The notes below the pieces were generated by a model that was not told the DNA's origin, searched no databases, and worked only from the letters and a program-made list of their open reading frames with translations. From Octopus vulgaris (lineage: Eukaryota): 64,000 nucleotides of DNA. The first letter of the stretch is position 1. The number at the start of each line of letters is the position of its first letter. The stretch covers positions 40,362,001 through 40,426,000 of the forward strand of contig OX597829.1 in assembly GCA_951406725.2 (NCBI GenBank). Direction: 5' to 3'. This document shows, one piece after another, positions 51,013 to 64,000 of this stretch. The position numbers and the translations under genes were made by a program.

Positions 51013-51479
51013 CTATACACACACACATAATGGCAAATGTCAAAGAATGGAGTTGGCAAATCATTTCAATATGCTATTTACAACTGTTTCATCATGATTC
51101 AGTGTAATCAATCTTGCATAATGTTGTGATCATTGTCATTTATTAATAATCATGTGCTATGTGGGATTTCTTCTATTATACTTGTTGACCATGATTCCTC
51201 AGAATTTCATAAAAAAATAATATGCAGATTGAATTTGAAATCTGAATAAATACACAGCAAGTTGGGTGTGTCCACGTGAACACATTTCTGCACTGGAAAC
51301 AAGTGAATGTGAGGAATCAAGTGGATTAAAGCAATTGTAAATGAAGTATCACAACAGTTTGCTAACTCCATATACACATTAGTGGAATTTCATATAATTT
51401 GAGTGATAAAGTGAAAAAGCTCTTGGCTGATGATATAGCATGTGGTAAACACCACAGTTATATAGCTCAATTTACTCAT

Positions 51480-51489
51480 TATATGTATG

Positions 51490-51552
<63 letters not shown>

Positions 51553-51924
51553 GTATGTATATATATATATTTATATGTATATATATATATTTATATGTAT
51601 ATATATATATATTTATATGTATATTATATATATATATTTATATGTATATATATATATATTTATATGTATATATATATATATTTATATGTATATATATATA
51701 TATTTATATGTATATATATATATATTTATATGTGTATATATATATATATTATATGTATATATATATATATATTTATATGTATATATATATATATTTATAT
51801 GTATATATATATATTTATATGTATGTATATATATATATATATGTATGTATATATATATATATATTTATATGTATATATATATATACATTTATATGTATGT
51901 ATATATATTTATATATATATATAT
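51480..51924. repeat. Compound (TA)n microsatellite
   Basis: Direct reading. Confidence 0.95.
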
Positions 51925-52820
51925 AATCTTTGAACTTTAATTCATCCGTATCTCTATTTATTATTATTATTTATTAATTATTATTATTCTGATCCCTAGT
52001 GCCACTCTGTTTACTATTTCAGCCTCGCCTCGTTTTTGCATATTCTGTATAATTCACTAGTTATCGTTATAGATATTTAGGTTCTATCTCCCTTACAGGG
52101 CTGATTAGAAATTGGCTGCCGGTTCTTGCGGGGTTTCTCTCCCCTCTTTTTCATTGTCTGTCTGGACTCCTCTTCTACTCCTCGACATATGCATACTTAA
52201 GCTAGTAACCTGCCTCACTCTTGATTCCGAACTCCTTCTGCCAAGTCTGTCCGTAACGAAGTGATCCCAAGATAAGAAATCTTTACTTTAATTCATCCGT
52301 ATCTCTATTTATTATTATTATTTATTAATTATTATTATTCTGATCCCCCTAGTCGCCACTCTGTTTACTATTTCAGCCTCGCCTCGTTTTTGCATATTCT
52401 GTATAATTCACTAGTTATCGTTATAGATATTTAGGTTCTATCTCCCTTACAGGGCTGATTAGAAATTGGCTGCCGGTTCTTCGCGGGGTTTCTCTCCCCT
52501 CTTTTTACATTGTCTGTCTGGACTCCTCTTCTACTCCTCGACATGGCCATGCATACTTAAGCTAGTAACCTGCCTCACTCTTGATTCCGAGCTCCTTCTG
52601 CCAAGTCTGTCCAACGAAGTGATCCAAGATAGAAATCTTTGAACTTTAATTCATCCGTATCTCTATTTATTATTATTATTTATTAATTATTATTATTCTA
52701 TCCCCTAGTCGCCACTCTGTTTACTATTTCAGCCTCGCCTCGTTTTTGCATATTCTGTATAATTCACTAGTTATCGTTTAGATATTTAGGTTCTATCTCC
52801 CTTACAGGGCTGATTAGAAT
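51925..52820. repeat. Tandem repeat, about 354-bp unit, 2.5 copies
   Basis: Units start near 51925, 52278 and 52633 (AATCTTT..ACTTTAATTCATCCGTATCTC). Confidence 0.9.
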
Positions 52821-52854
52821 ATATATATGCTCCAACTATACCGGATGTGTTTCT

Positions 52855-53365
52855 CCCCATTATAGGTGTCTACTCTTTGAACCCTCTCTTCAATACGCTA
52901 TTTCACCATGCATTACCCTCTCTCGATATCCTATATATATATACTGGTGCTCCCCATATTTCTGCACCCCTACCATTATAGGTGTCTACTCTTTGAACCC
53001 CCTCTTCAATACGCTATTTCACCATGCATTACCCCTCTCTCGATATCCTACGTTCTACTTGCCTACCTGTCCTCTGAACACCCCTCCGCTGGTGCTCCCT
53101 ATATTTCTGCACCCCCACCACCACCATTATATACTCTTTACCCCCTCTTCAATCGCTATTTCACCATTTCACCATGCATTACCTCTCTCGATATCCTACG
53201 TTCTACTTGCCTAGAACCTGTCCTCTGAACCACCCCTATATTTCTGCACCCCCCACCACATTATAGGTGTCTATGAACCCCCTCTTCAATACGCTATTTA
53301 TGCATTACCCCTCTCTCGATATCCTACGTTCTACTTGCCTATTACCTGTCCTCTACCCTCCCATA
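52855..53365. repeat. Tandem repeat, about 120-150-bp unit, about 4 copies
   Basis: Recurrent CTCTTCAATACGCTATTT..CTCTCTCGATATCCTA. Confidence 0.85.
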
Positions 53366-54098
53366 TAAAAAAAAAGCACCATCCGAACGTGGCCGATGCC
53401 AGACCCTCTGGCACCTGTGCATGGCACGTAAAAACACCCACTACACTCGCGGAGTGGTTGGCGTTGGAAGGGCATCCAGCTGTAGAAACACTGCCAGACT
53501 AGACTGGAGCCTGGGCAGTCCCGAGCTCTCCAGACCCCGGTCGAAACCGTACCCGTGCTACGTTAAACGATGATGATGATGATGATGATGATGATATTAT
53601 ATGTATGTATATATATATATTTATATATATACATTTAAAAGCAGCAGAAATTCAACAAAACCTGCTTTTTTAAATAAAGCATATTACTCTACCCCTGGTA
53701 TTTGAGTACTCTTTTTTCCACCTTGTTTCACATTTATGTGTTTACTCCGGTATATATATATATATATATATAGGCTCAGGCATAGCTGTGTGGTAAAATG
53801 TTTGCTTCCCAACCACATGATTCTAGTTTCAGTCCCACTGCTTTGCACTTTGGAAAAACATCTTGTGTTATAGCCCTGGGACAACCAAAGCCTTCCAAGT
53901 GGATTTGATAGATAGTAACTGAAAGAGCCCTTTCATATAGGTATTATTAATGCGTTCCATCATTGAAGACTGACGAGTTGTCCATAGGGCTAAGTACCTT
54001 ATGGATGTGAAACCATTGGTCACTCTGTGACCGGACATGTACTTAACTGCTTATAAGTACATCACTGCAGTATGCTTTAGATATATGATGATCAATTT

Positions 54099-54165
<67 letters not shown>

Positions 54166-54170
54166 TATGA

Positions 54171-54487
54171 AGGCGCATGGCTCAGTGGTTAGAGCGTTGA
54201 GCTTATGATTGTGAGGTTGTGAATTCGAATCCCGGACCGGGCTGCGTGTTGCGTTCTTGAGCAAGACACTTTATTTCACATTGCTCCAGTTCACTCAGCT
54301 GTAGAAAAGAGTTGTGACGTCACAGGTGCCAAGCTGTATCGGCCCCTTTGCTTTTCCCTTGGATAACACTGGTGGCGTATCCATGGGCGACTGCTGGTCT
54401 TCCATAAACAACCTTTCCTGGACTTGTGCCTGGGAGGGTAATTTTCTAAGTGCAATCCCATAGTCAGTCATGACCGAAGGGGGTCTC
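54171..54487 (+). mobile_element. SINE family D (tRNA-derived head)
   Basis: GGCGCATGGCTCAGTGGTTAGAGCG..GAATTCGAATCCC A/B boxes. Confidence 0.88.
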
Positions 54488-55035
54488 ACCATATACACAC
54501 ACAAACATATACATATCTATGCGTATGTATATATATATGCACGTATATATATGTGTGTGCCTTTGTGTTTGTGCTTGTCCCCACCACCATTTCACAACTG
54601 GTGTTAGTTTGTTTATGTCCTTGTAACTTTGCAGTTTGCTGAAAAAGACCAGTGGAATAAGTAGTTGGTTTTAAGAATAAGTACTGGTCATTTAATTCAA
54701 CTAAAACTCTTCAAGGTTGTGTCCCAGTATGGCTGCAGTCTGATGACTGAAACAAGTAAAAGACAATACAAATAGGCATGGCCATGTGGTAAGATGCTTC
54801 GTTCCCAAACACATGGCTCCGGGTTCAATCCCACTGCATGGCATCTTGGGCAAATGTCTCCTGCTATAGCCCTGGGCTGAGCAAAGCCCTGTGACTGGAT
54901 TTGGCATATGGAAGCTGAAAGATACTCGTCTCATTTGTGTGTGTGTCCGTGTGTCCACCACTTGACAACTGGTGCTGGTGTTGTTTATGTCCCCCGTAAC
55001 TTAGCAATTCAGCAACAGAATCTGATAGAAATAAA

Positions 55036-55258
55036 TACCTATTTCTTTAGTACCCACAGAGGGGACAAACAAGGACAGACATAGGTATTAAGTCGATTAT
55101 AATGACTCCAGTGCGTAACTGGTACTTAATTTATCGACCCCGAAGGGATGAAAGGCAAAGTCGACCTCGGCGGAATTTGAACTCAGAACGTAACGGCAGA
55201 CGAAATACCACTAAGCATTTCGTCCCGTGTGCTTAACGTTTCTGCCAGCTCGCCGCCC
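55036..55258 (-). mobile_element. SINE B nested in SINE A (54775-55405)
   Basis: Consensus similarity; SINE A sequence on both sides. Confidence 0.8.
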
Positions 55259-55887
55259 TTCCTAATAGAAATAGTAAATAGCAGGCTTTTTTGAAATTAA
55301 TACGCACTGGGGGTCGATTTATTTGACTGAAAAATTTCTTCAAGGTGGTGCCTGCCCCAGCATGGCCGCAGCATTCTGACGACTGAAGCCGAGTAAAAAG
55401 ATAGAGTATATAATATACATCTATATACTCTTTCACACACAGCTGGCAGACATGCCAACACATTTCACAACTACCTCTGCTCCAGCTGTCCTCCTCTTCC
55501 TGCATATCTCTATGTCTATAACTTTTTTTTTAACTTCACTTTCATTCTCCCTCTCTTTTTAGCCCCCCCACCTCCTCCCCTTCCTCCTCCTCCGCGCTCA
55601 CTGTTTGTTGGCCTTTCCTTCAACTTACACCGCTCTCTCTTCTCCCCCTCTCTCTCTTTATATATATGTATATATCTTTGTCGCTCTCTCTCTCTTCTCT
55701 CTTGCTTTTTTTTTTAGGCTTTTTTACGAGAGCTCAGTGTCCTTCGGTTTCTTTCACTCTCTCTCTCTCTCTTTATCTCTCTCTCTCACTTTCTTTCTGA
55801 AACAAACGCGCTCGCGCGCGCACTGTATCTGTTCTCTCTACCCCCTCCCTCCCTCCCTCCCTCCTCCCCCCTCCGCCTTTCTTTCAG

Positions 55888-55898
55888 CTGTCATGTAG
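55888..55898 (+). CDS. Candidate phase-1 terminal exon (A)VM*
   Basis: Very strong acceptor CCTCCGCCTTTCTTTCAG in a unique CpG-containing island. Confidence 0.3.
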
Positions 55899-56138
55899 TT
55901 AATGGTCTAAAGTTATTCAGTCTAGTACATATACTCCCAACCACACCCCCCACCCCACCCCCTTTGACCTACTGCTTTTCATCACATACATTTTCTACAC
56001 ACTATTTATACTCTCTTTCTCTCTCTCTCTCTATCTTTCCCTCTTTCTCTCTCTCTCTCTCTATCTATCTATCTCTCACACACACACACACACACACTTT
56101 CCCATTCTCTCTCCCACTTCTTGACATAAGTGTTCCCT

Positions 56139-56171
<33 letters not shown>

Positions 56172-56191
56172 ACAACAACAGCACCACACAC

Positions 56192-56240
<49 letters not shown>

Positions 56241-56759
56241 TAGAAATAACTACAATTATCACACCAGAGCACACACAACTCTCTGGACATGACATGGCTG
56301 CCGCCACCACCACCACCATCGCCACCACCACCACCACCACCACCATCCCCACAAACACCATCAACGCCGCCAAACAGACTGAAGGCATTTCTACGTGGAC
56401 GCTCCGCCTGCTAGACATAGCAGCCAAATTCCCATCAGATCGCACTCGGCAGTGGGTGTGACCGTTGATTAAACAAAGACATGGATAACGTGGTGATACT
56501 GGCTTTCTCTCGTATAGGAAAAAGGTGAGTAGGTCATGCATGGCTTGACCATCTTTGATCATAAGTGTTCAGTCAGGAGTGACTACGGCCAAATAACAAC
56601 AACACCATTATCTCAGCCACCACATGCTTTTTCATAATAATAATAATAATAATAATAACAACTGTATTTTCTAGCTTTATGTAGAAGAGTACAGTTTCAG
56701 AGTAAGAAGTATTCGGTTCAGCCACACCCTCTATCTATAATTATCTATCTACCTATCTG

Positions 56760-56851
<92 letters not shown>

Positions 56852-56899
56852 TCTCTCTCTCTCTATATATATTTGTATATATATATATATTATTTTTTT

Positions 56900-57083
56900 T
56901 TTTACATGTTTCAGTCATTTGACTGCGGCCATGCTGGAGCACCACCTTTAGTCGAGCAAATCGACCCCGGGACTTATTCTTTGTAAGCCCAGTACTTATT
57001 CTATCAGTCTCTTTTGCCGAACCGCTAAGTGACGGGGACGTAAACACACCAGCATCGGTTGTCAATCAATGCTAGGGGGACAA

Positions 57084-57116
<33 letters not shown>

Positions 57117-57285
57117 CATATATACGACAGGCTTCTTTCAGTTTCCGTCTACCAAATCCACTCACAAGGCTTTGGTCGGCCCGGGGCTATAGCAGAAGAC
57201 ACTTGCCCAAGATGCCATGCAGTGGGACTGAACCCGGAACCATGTGGTTAGTAAGCAAGCTACTTACCACACACCCACTCCTGTG

Positions 57286-57288
<3 letters not shown>
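56900..57288 (-). mobile_element. SINE family A
   Basis: Consensus similarity. Confidence 0.9.
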
Positions 57289-57335
<47 letters not shown>

Positions 57336-57409
57336 TAAGTATAAGATCGTTAATTTAAATATCCATCTTATCAAGTGGCCAGCATGGGAATAAAAAACTC
57401 AAAGGTAAT

Positions 57410-57560
57410 AGTTATTATTGAAATTATAATTTAGGGTATCTAATATATACTATCACGCTGGAAATAGCACCCAAAACTTGACTCAAGAGTCAAGTTTTGG
57501 CTGCTATTTCCAGCGTGGTGGTGTCTCTTAGATACCTAACTTATAATTTTAATAATTATA
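57410..57560. repeat. Palindrome of about 150 bp
   Basis: Core CACGCTGGAAATAGCAcCCAAAACTTGACTC-AA-GAGTCAAGTTTTGGcTGCTATTTCCAGCGTG. Confidence 0.85.
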
Positions 57561-57596
57561 TATATAGAATGCCACGCATCCATTTCCAAGTAGGTT

Positions 57597-57649
<53 letters not shown>

Positions 57650-57651
<2 letters not shown>

Positions 57652-57881
57652 TTTTACTCTTTTACTTGTTTCAGTCATTTGATTGTAGCCATACTGGAGC
57701 ACTGCCTTGAAGGGTTTTAGTCAAATGAATCGACCCCAGGACATTTTTCTTTTTAAAGCCTGGTACATATTCTATCAGTCTTTTTTGCTAAACTGCTAAG
57801 TTATGGGTACATACTCTCACCAACACTGGGTGACAAGTGGTGGGATGGTGGGGAGAAACACAAAGATAAAGACACACAGAT

Positions 57882-57938
<57 letters not shown>

Positions 57939-58110
57939 AATACAATGGGCTTCTTTCAGTTTCCATCCACCAAATCCACTCACAAGGCTTTGGTTCACCC
58001 CAAGGCTTTAGTAAAAGACACTTGACCAAGATGTACCAGACAGTGGGCTGAACCTGGAACCATGTGGTTGGGAAGCAAGCTTCTTACCACACAGCCATTC
58101 CTGTGCCTAT

Positions 58111-58161
<51 letters not shown>

Positions 58162-58620
58162 GTTTGTTTTCCATGCTAGCATGGGTTGGACAGTTTGATC
58201 AGGGTCTGGGAAGCCAGGAGGCTGCACCAGGCTCCAGTCTGATCTGGCAGTGTTTCTACAGCTGGATGCCCTTCCTAATGCCAACCACTCCGTGAGTGTA
58301 GTGGGTGCTTTTTACATGCCAGGGGAGGCTGGCAACGGCCATGATCGGTTGGTGCTTTTTACGTGCCACTGGCATTGAAGCCAGTCAAGGCAGCACTGGC
58401 ATCAACCACGTACGGATGATGCTTTTTACGTGCCACCGGCACAGGTACCAGGAGAGGCTGACAACGGCCATGATCGGTTGGCAGTTTTTACGTGCCACCG
58501 ACACAGAAGCCAGTCAAGGCGGAGCTGGCACTGGCCACATGCGGCTGGTGCTTTTTAGGTGCCAGAGTAGGGTGGCAACGGCCACGATCGGTTGGTGCTT
58601 TTTACGTGCCACCGGCATGG
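57650..58620 (-). mobile_element. SINE A (57650-58108) abutting a family C element (58111-58620)
   Basis: Consensus similarity. Confidence 0.85.
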
Positions 58621-59399
58621 AAATATATCTATATATATATAGAAAGAGGGAGAGATGAAATGTATAATATATCTATCTATCTATCTATATATATATATAT
58701 ATATTTAAATTTCCAATACCCAGATATGAAGATCACAGACCCTGGATGAATGTACAATAGATTAAATTAAACCCACCCCACTCCAACTTGCTCCACGCCT
58801 AGAAGTAAGGAAAGCATATTTAAGTCATCTGCAGAGATAAGGTGAGGTGAGGGTGTGATATGATTGTGGGTGGGGGTAGAAATGCAGTACTTTGTTGTCT
58901 ACAGAATTTGAACTCAGAAATATTACAACACAGAACAACATAACCTTAAGCATTTTGCATGAGAATTTAAATGCAAGCACTCTTCCATGTTCCATCACCT
59001 CGTGCCTCAAATAATTACCGTTTCTTGTTTTGCACAAGGCCTGCAATTTTGAGGAGTGGGAGTCTGGTTGTTGCCATCAACTCCAAGTGCTTTATACACA
59101 ACCTCCTTCCCTCTCCTCCCCACCAATGGATGAAACGCTCAATCGGTCTTGGTGGAATTTGAGTATATATGCATGTGTGTGTGTATGTACATATGCATAT
59201 ATATATATGTGTGTGTGTGTGTGTGTATGTTTGTATATGTATATATGTGTGTGTGTTTGTATGTATGCATAAATGTGTATGTACATATGTATATATATAT
59301 GTGTGTGTGTATGTTTGTATCTATGTGTATATGTGTGTGTTTCTGTAACCAAGTATATATGTGTGTGTATATGTTTATATATGTGTGTGTCTGTAGACA

Positions 59400-59437
<38 letters not shown>

Positions 59438-59787
59438 TTTGTGTTTATTGTCATTGCTTAACGACTGGAGTTGGTTTGTTTACATCCCTGTAACTTAGTG
59501 GTTTAATAAGAGACTTGGGATCAATTTGAGCTAGTCTTGCAAGGATGTGCCCCCATATGGTTGCTGTCCAAGTAAAAGATAAAACAATGAGGCAGTCATG
59601 GCTGGAATGCCTTTGATTTCTTGCAGACATAAGTAATGGGGTTGGAGTAAATCAACTTCATTATTTGACTGGCATTTATTTCATTGATTCCAGAAGTAAT
59701 GAAAGCTAAATTCAATATTATTTGGGGTGAGTAAGGTTAGGTCGATTTGAACTTAGAACATATGGGAACATAGCTAAATATTGCATG

Positions 59788-60208
59788 GTGTAGGAGTGGC
59801 TGTGTGGTAAGTAGCTTGCTAACCAACCACATGGTTCTGGGTTCAGTCCTACTGCGTGGCATCTTGGGTAAGTGTCTTCTGCCATAGCCCCAGGCCGACC
59901 AATGCCTTGTGAGTGGATTTGGTAGACGGAAACTGAAAGAAGCCTGTCGTATATATGTATATATATATGTTTATGTGTGTGTGTGTGTGTTTGTGTGTCT
60001 GTGTTTGTCCCCCTAGCATTGCTTGACAACCGATGCTGGTGTGTTTACATCCCCGTCACTTAGCGGTTCGGCAAAAGAGACCAATAGAATAAGTACTGGG
60101 CTTACAAAAAGAATAAGTCCCGGGGTCGATTTGCTCGACTAAAAAAAGGCGGTGCTCCAGCATGGCCGCAGTCAAATGACTGAAACAAGTAAAAGAGTAA
60201 AGAGTAAG
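59788..60208 (+). mobile_element. SINE family A, full length
   Basis: Consensus similarity. Confidence 0.9.
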
Positions 60209-60379
60209 AGGGTGTTTTGTGTACTGCCCTCCATCTGTTGACATGAAACTAGACAATGGATAAAGTGAGCCACCTTTTAAATCAGTCTCCAATACATTGA
60301 CCTCTGATGAATGAAAGGTGAAGTGGGCCTTGAAGGAATTTGAATAATAATGATAATAATCTCTTCTGGTAAAGGCCCT

Positions 60380-60570
60380 AGATCTGAAATCTGGGGAGAG
60401 GGACCAGTCGATTACATTGACCCCCCCAGTGTTTGACTTAATTTATCAACCCCAAATGGATGACAGGCAAAGCTGACTTCAGCAGAATTTGAACTCAGAG
60501 TGTAGTGACAGATGAAATACCACTAAGCATTTCCTCCAGCATGCTAATGACTCTGCCTGCTCACCACCCT

Positions 60571-60607
<37 letters not shown>

Positions 60608-60826
60608 TTAATAATGATAATAATAATTTGTTTCTTTATTACCCACAAGCCCCTTGTGGATAATAGAGGGGCCAAACAAGGACAGACAAATGGATTAAGT
60701 CGATTACATCGACCCCAGTGTGTAACTGGTACTTATTTAATCGACCCCGAAAGGATGAAAGGCAAAGTCGACCTCGGCAGAATTTGAACTCGGAACGTAA
60801 CGGCAGATGAAATACGGCTACGCATT
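60380..60826 (-). mobile_element. Two SINE B copies
   Basis: Consensus similarity. Confidence 0.8.
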
Positions 60827-61559
60827 AATAATAATGATAATAGGTTCTCTCTGACTGTTTCTTTGAAATCATATAGAAGCAGCCTCCATCTTTCATGAAG
60901 TATAATTATGTTCCATTTCTCCTAAAGCTTTTTTTTCAATGAAATTTTTGGGCAAGGAGTTACACTCTTCTGTGACCTACATCTCCCACATTTTTCCCCT
61001 GAGAGTTGTCGCATCTTCAATACAATTCACTGGTCTGTAACTAGTATAACTTTTGTCGTTGGAGGGATTTAAAAGCTGCTGCTACTTTTCTTCATTTGTG
61101 TTTGTTAAAATATAAATGCCTAAGCTCACACTGCATACACTTGTTCAATTGTCATATTTCTTTTTTCTTGTATGTATCTTTTACATCTGTGTCTTTGTTT
61201 ACAAAAGCATTCAAGAGTTTCGAAAATTGTTTGGGCAGTCGTTGCTGTTACATTTGTAGCGAGCACCTCTTCCTATTCCTCCAGAGGAAACCTTAGAAAT
61301 TAAATTACTCATAAGCAAATATTTGTATAGGTATAAAATATACAAAAAAAAAACACAAAAAAAACAAAAAAAAAAAAACGATGTCTTAGGATGGACTATT
61401 TTTTTTCCACCCCATAGGGTAATGGGGTAAGGCATTTTAAAATCTTTTGTTGGCAAAATAATACAATGATACTTCCTTTTTGTCAAATCAAAAAACTCAG
61501 TTTTGCACCAGGATTGTTGTTACTTGCATTCATTCAAACAGTACATTGATAACAGCAAC

Positions 61560-61845
61560 AATCATCATCACCATCATCGTCATTTAACATTCGCTTTCCA
61601 TGCTGGCATGGGTTGGATGGTCTGACTGAGGTCTGGCGAGCCAGATGGCTGCACGAGGCTCCAATCTGATCTGGCAATGTTTCTCCAGCTGGATGCCCTT
61701 CCTAACGCCAACCACTCCAAGAGTGTAGTGGGTGCTTTTATATGCCACCGGTACGAGGGCCAGTCAGGCGGTTCTGGCAACGACCACGCTCAAAAGGTGT
61801 TTTTTTTTACATGCTACCTGCACGGGAGCCAGTCCGGCAGGTAGC
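61560..61845 (-). mobile_element. Family C retroposon
   Basis: Consensus similarity. Confidence 0.85.
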
Positions 61846-62174
61846 ATGTAAACATTTGAAGTGAACATTTGGCTGTTATTTTTAGCTGATCGAGAATGAC
61901 TCCAATCGTAAATTTCGTTGCTCAATAGTAAAACTGTTAAAAGATACAGATGGTTGAGCAACAACCTTACAAGTACATACCTAAAAACGAAGTCCTTTGT
62001 TGTTGCCATTTGGTGAAAGTAATGAGAGACCGACTGACTGCTATTTCTTGCAGGTCGACAATGACTTTGATCGTTGGTCTGCTCACTTGAACAGCAACAA
62101 CAAAACTATTAGAAGTTTCAGACAGTTGAATATCAAACAAATATGTAACCAATAATTATTTGTTGTTATTGTTT

Positions 62175-62830
<656 letters not shown>

Positions 62831-63130
62831 CAAATATATGTCTATGTGTGTGTGTGAAAAACTGGTATGAAAAGTTAGAAATGAAACTGGAACGAAAGTT
62901 ATTATTTGGAAGGATCTATGAATTGAATAGACTCATTGGAACGAGACTTTTTAAAAAAAAAAAACAAACAAAAAAAAACAAAATGTAACTGAAAAAAAAT
63001 CAAATAACGTTCTTGATATGAACAATTTGGCAGTTATGCGATCAGATTGAACGGAAGTCATGTCAAAAAATATGAAGTCTGCATAGACAGAAATGGAAAG
63101 TGAATTATTTTAATTGAGACTAAGATAGGT

Positions 63131-63172
<42 letters not shown>

Positions 63173-63600
63173 ACATGTGTCTGTGTATTTGTTCATTTGT
63201 TATGTTTTTTTTGTTTTTTTTTCATGCTTGCAAGGGCTAGCTAGACAGGGAGGTTACTGGAAGCAAGATTTAACAACTTGTTGCTCTTCCTGTCACCCAC
63301 ATGATATCAAGACTAGGAAACGCGCATACACATCGTACACATACATGTGTGTGAGTGTGTGTATACATATATATATATATACATGGCTGTGTATTGAAAA
63401 GTCTGCTTCCTAACCATGTGGTTTGGGGTTCGCTTCCATTGTGTGGCACCTTGGGCCATGTGCCTTCTACGGCTGCAGGTGGACTAAAGTGGATTTGGTA
63501 GACACAAAGTGAAGACACTTTGTATAAAATCTGTTGAATCATCATGTTTCCATGGCATGAAACTATTAATGGCTCTTATTTAAATACTGTGTATATTAAA

Positions 63601-63649
<49 letters not shown>

Positions 63650-64000
63650 CATACATACATACACACATGTATGTGTGTCTTGTGATCACGAGACCAACCA
63701 GATTATCAGAAGCTGTTACACATTGCTGGTCACAATGCTTTTTTGTATTGTTTTAGCCTTCAAATGTTTCCCCCCACCCAGATCAAAAGAGGGACTGAAG
63801 CAACATGAAATGAAGTGTTTTGCTCAAGAGCACATGCCGCCCAATTAGGGAATTGAACCAATGATATAACAGTTGTATGTCATTGTTATTAATCCAAACA
63901 AGTGGTGGAACAGAAGAAATGAAGCTGAAAATACACAGAGAATAAATTAGAATTAATTAGAATTTAATTATATTTTAAAATATAGGAGTGGGAGTGGCCG

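Noticed and set aside
54171-54245. tRNA-like sequences (also at 20700-20773 and 33727)
   Set aside because: They continue into SINE bodies; no complete cloverleaf with terminator
60850-62150. Possible piggyBac transposase relic on the minus strand
   Set aside because: Only a vague Cys-pattern resemblance with many stops; unsupported without an HMM search

Overview
AT-rich, microsatellite-dense eukaryotic DNA. Its SINE repertoire (tRNA-headed families with internal TA/CA tracts and RTE-type tails) looks like an octopus/coleoid cephalopod genome; this is an inference from repeat content. No recognisable host protein domain lies in the window, and nearly all ORF-track entries are microsatellite or SINE translations. 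The only clearly homologous proteins are a 5'-truncated RTE LINE ORF (17303-18138) and a decayed Tc1 transposase N-terminus (43534-44105). Much of the sequence is SINEs, MITEs (piggyBac-, hAT- and Tc1-type), Helitrons and tandem repeats, often nested. The non-repeat islands hold about 25 plus-strand 3' splice-site candidates. Read in phase 1, they give short C-terminal peptides or micro-exons, often packed back-to-back and often with the stop overlapping a GTAA donor. I interpret this tentatively as a large alternative-last-exon/micro-exon array of an unidentified gene whose constitutive exons lie upstream. Also present are a sense-strand type I hammerhead ribozyme motif (8881-8970), a perfect hairpin covering one candidate acceptor, and several inverted SINE pairs. 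All coordinates were read by eye, so repeat ends are approximate.
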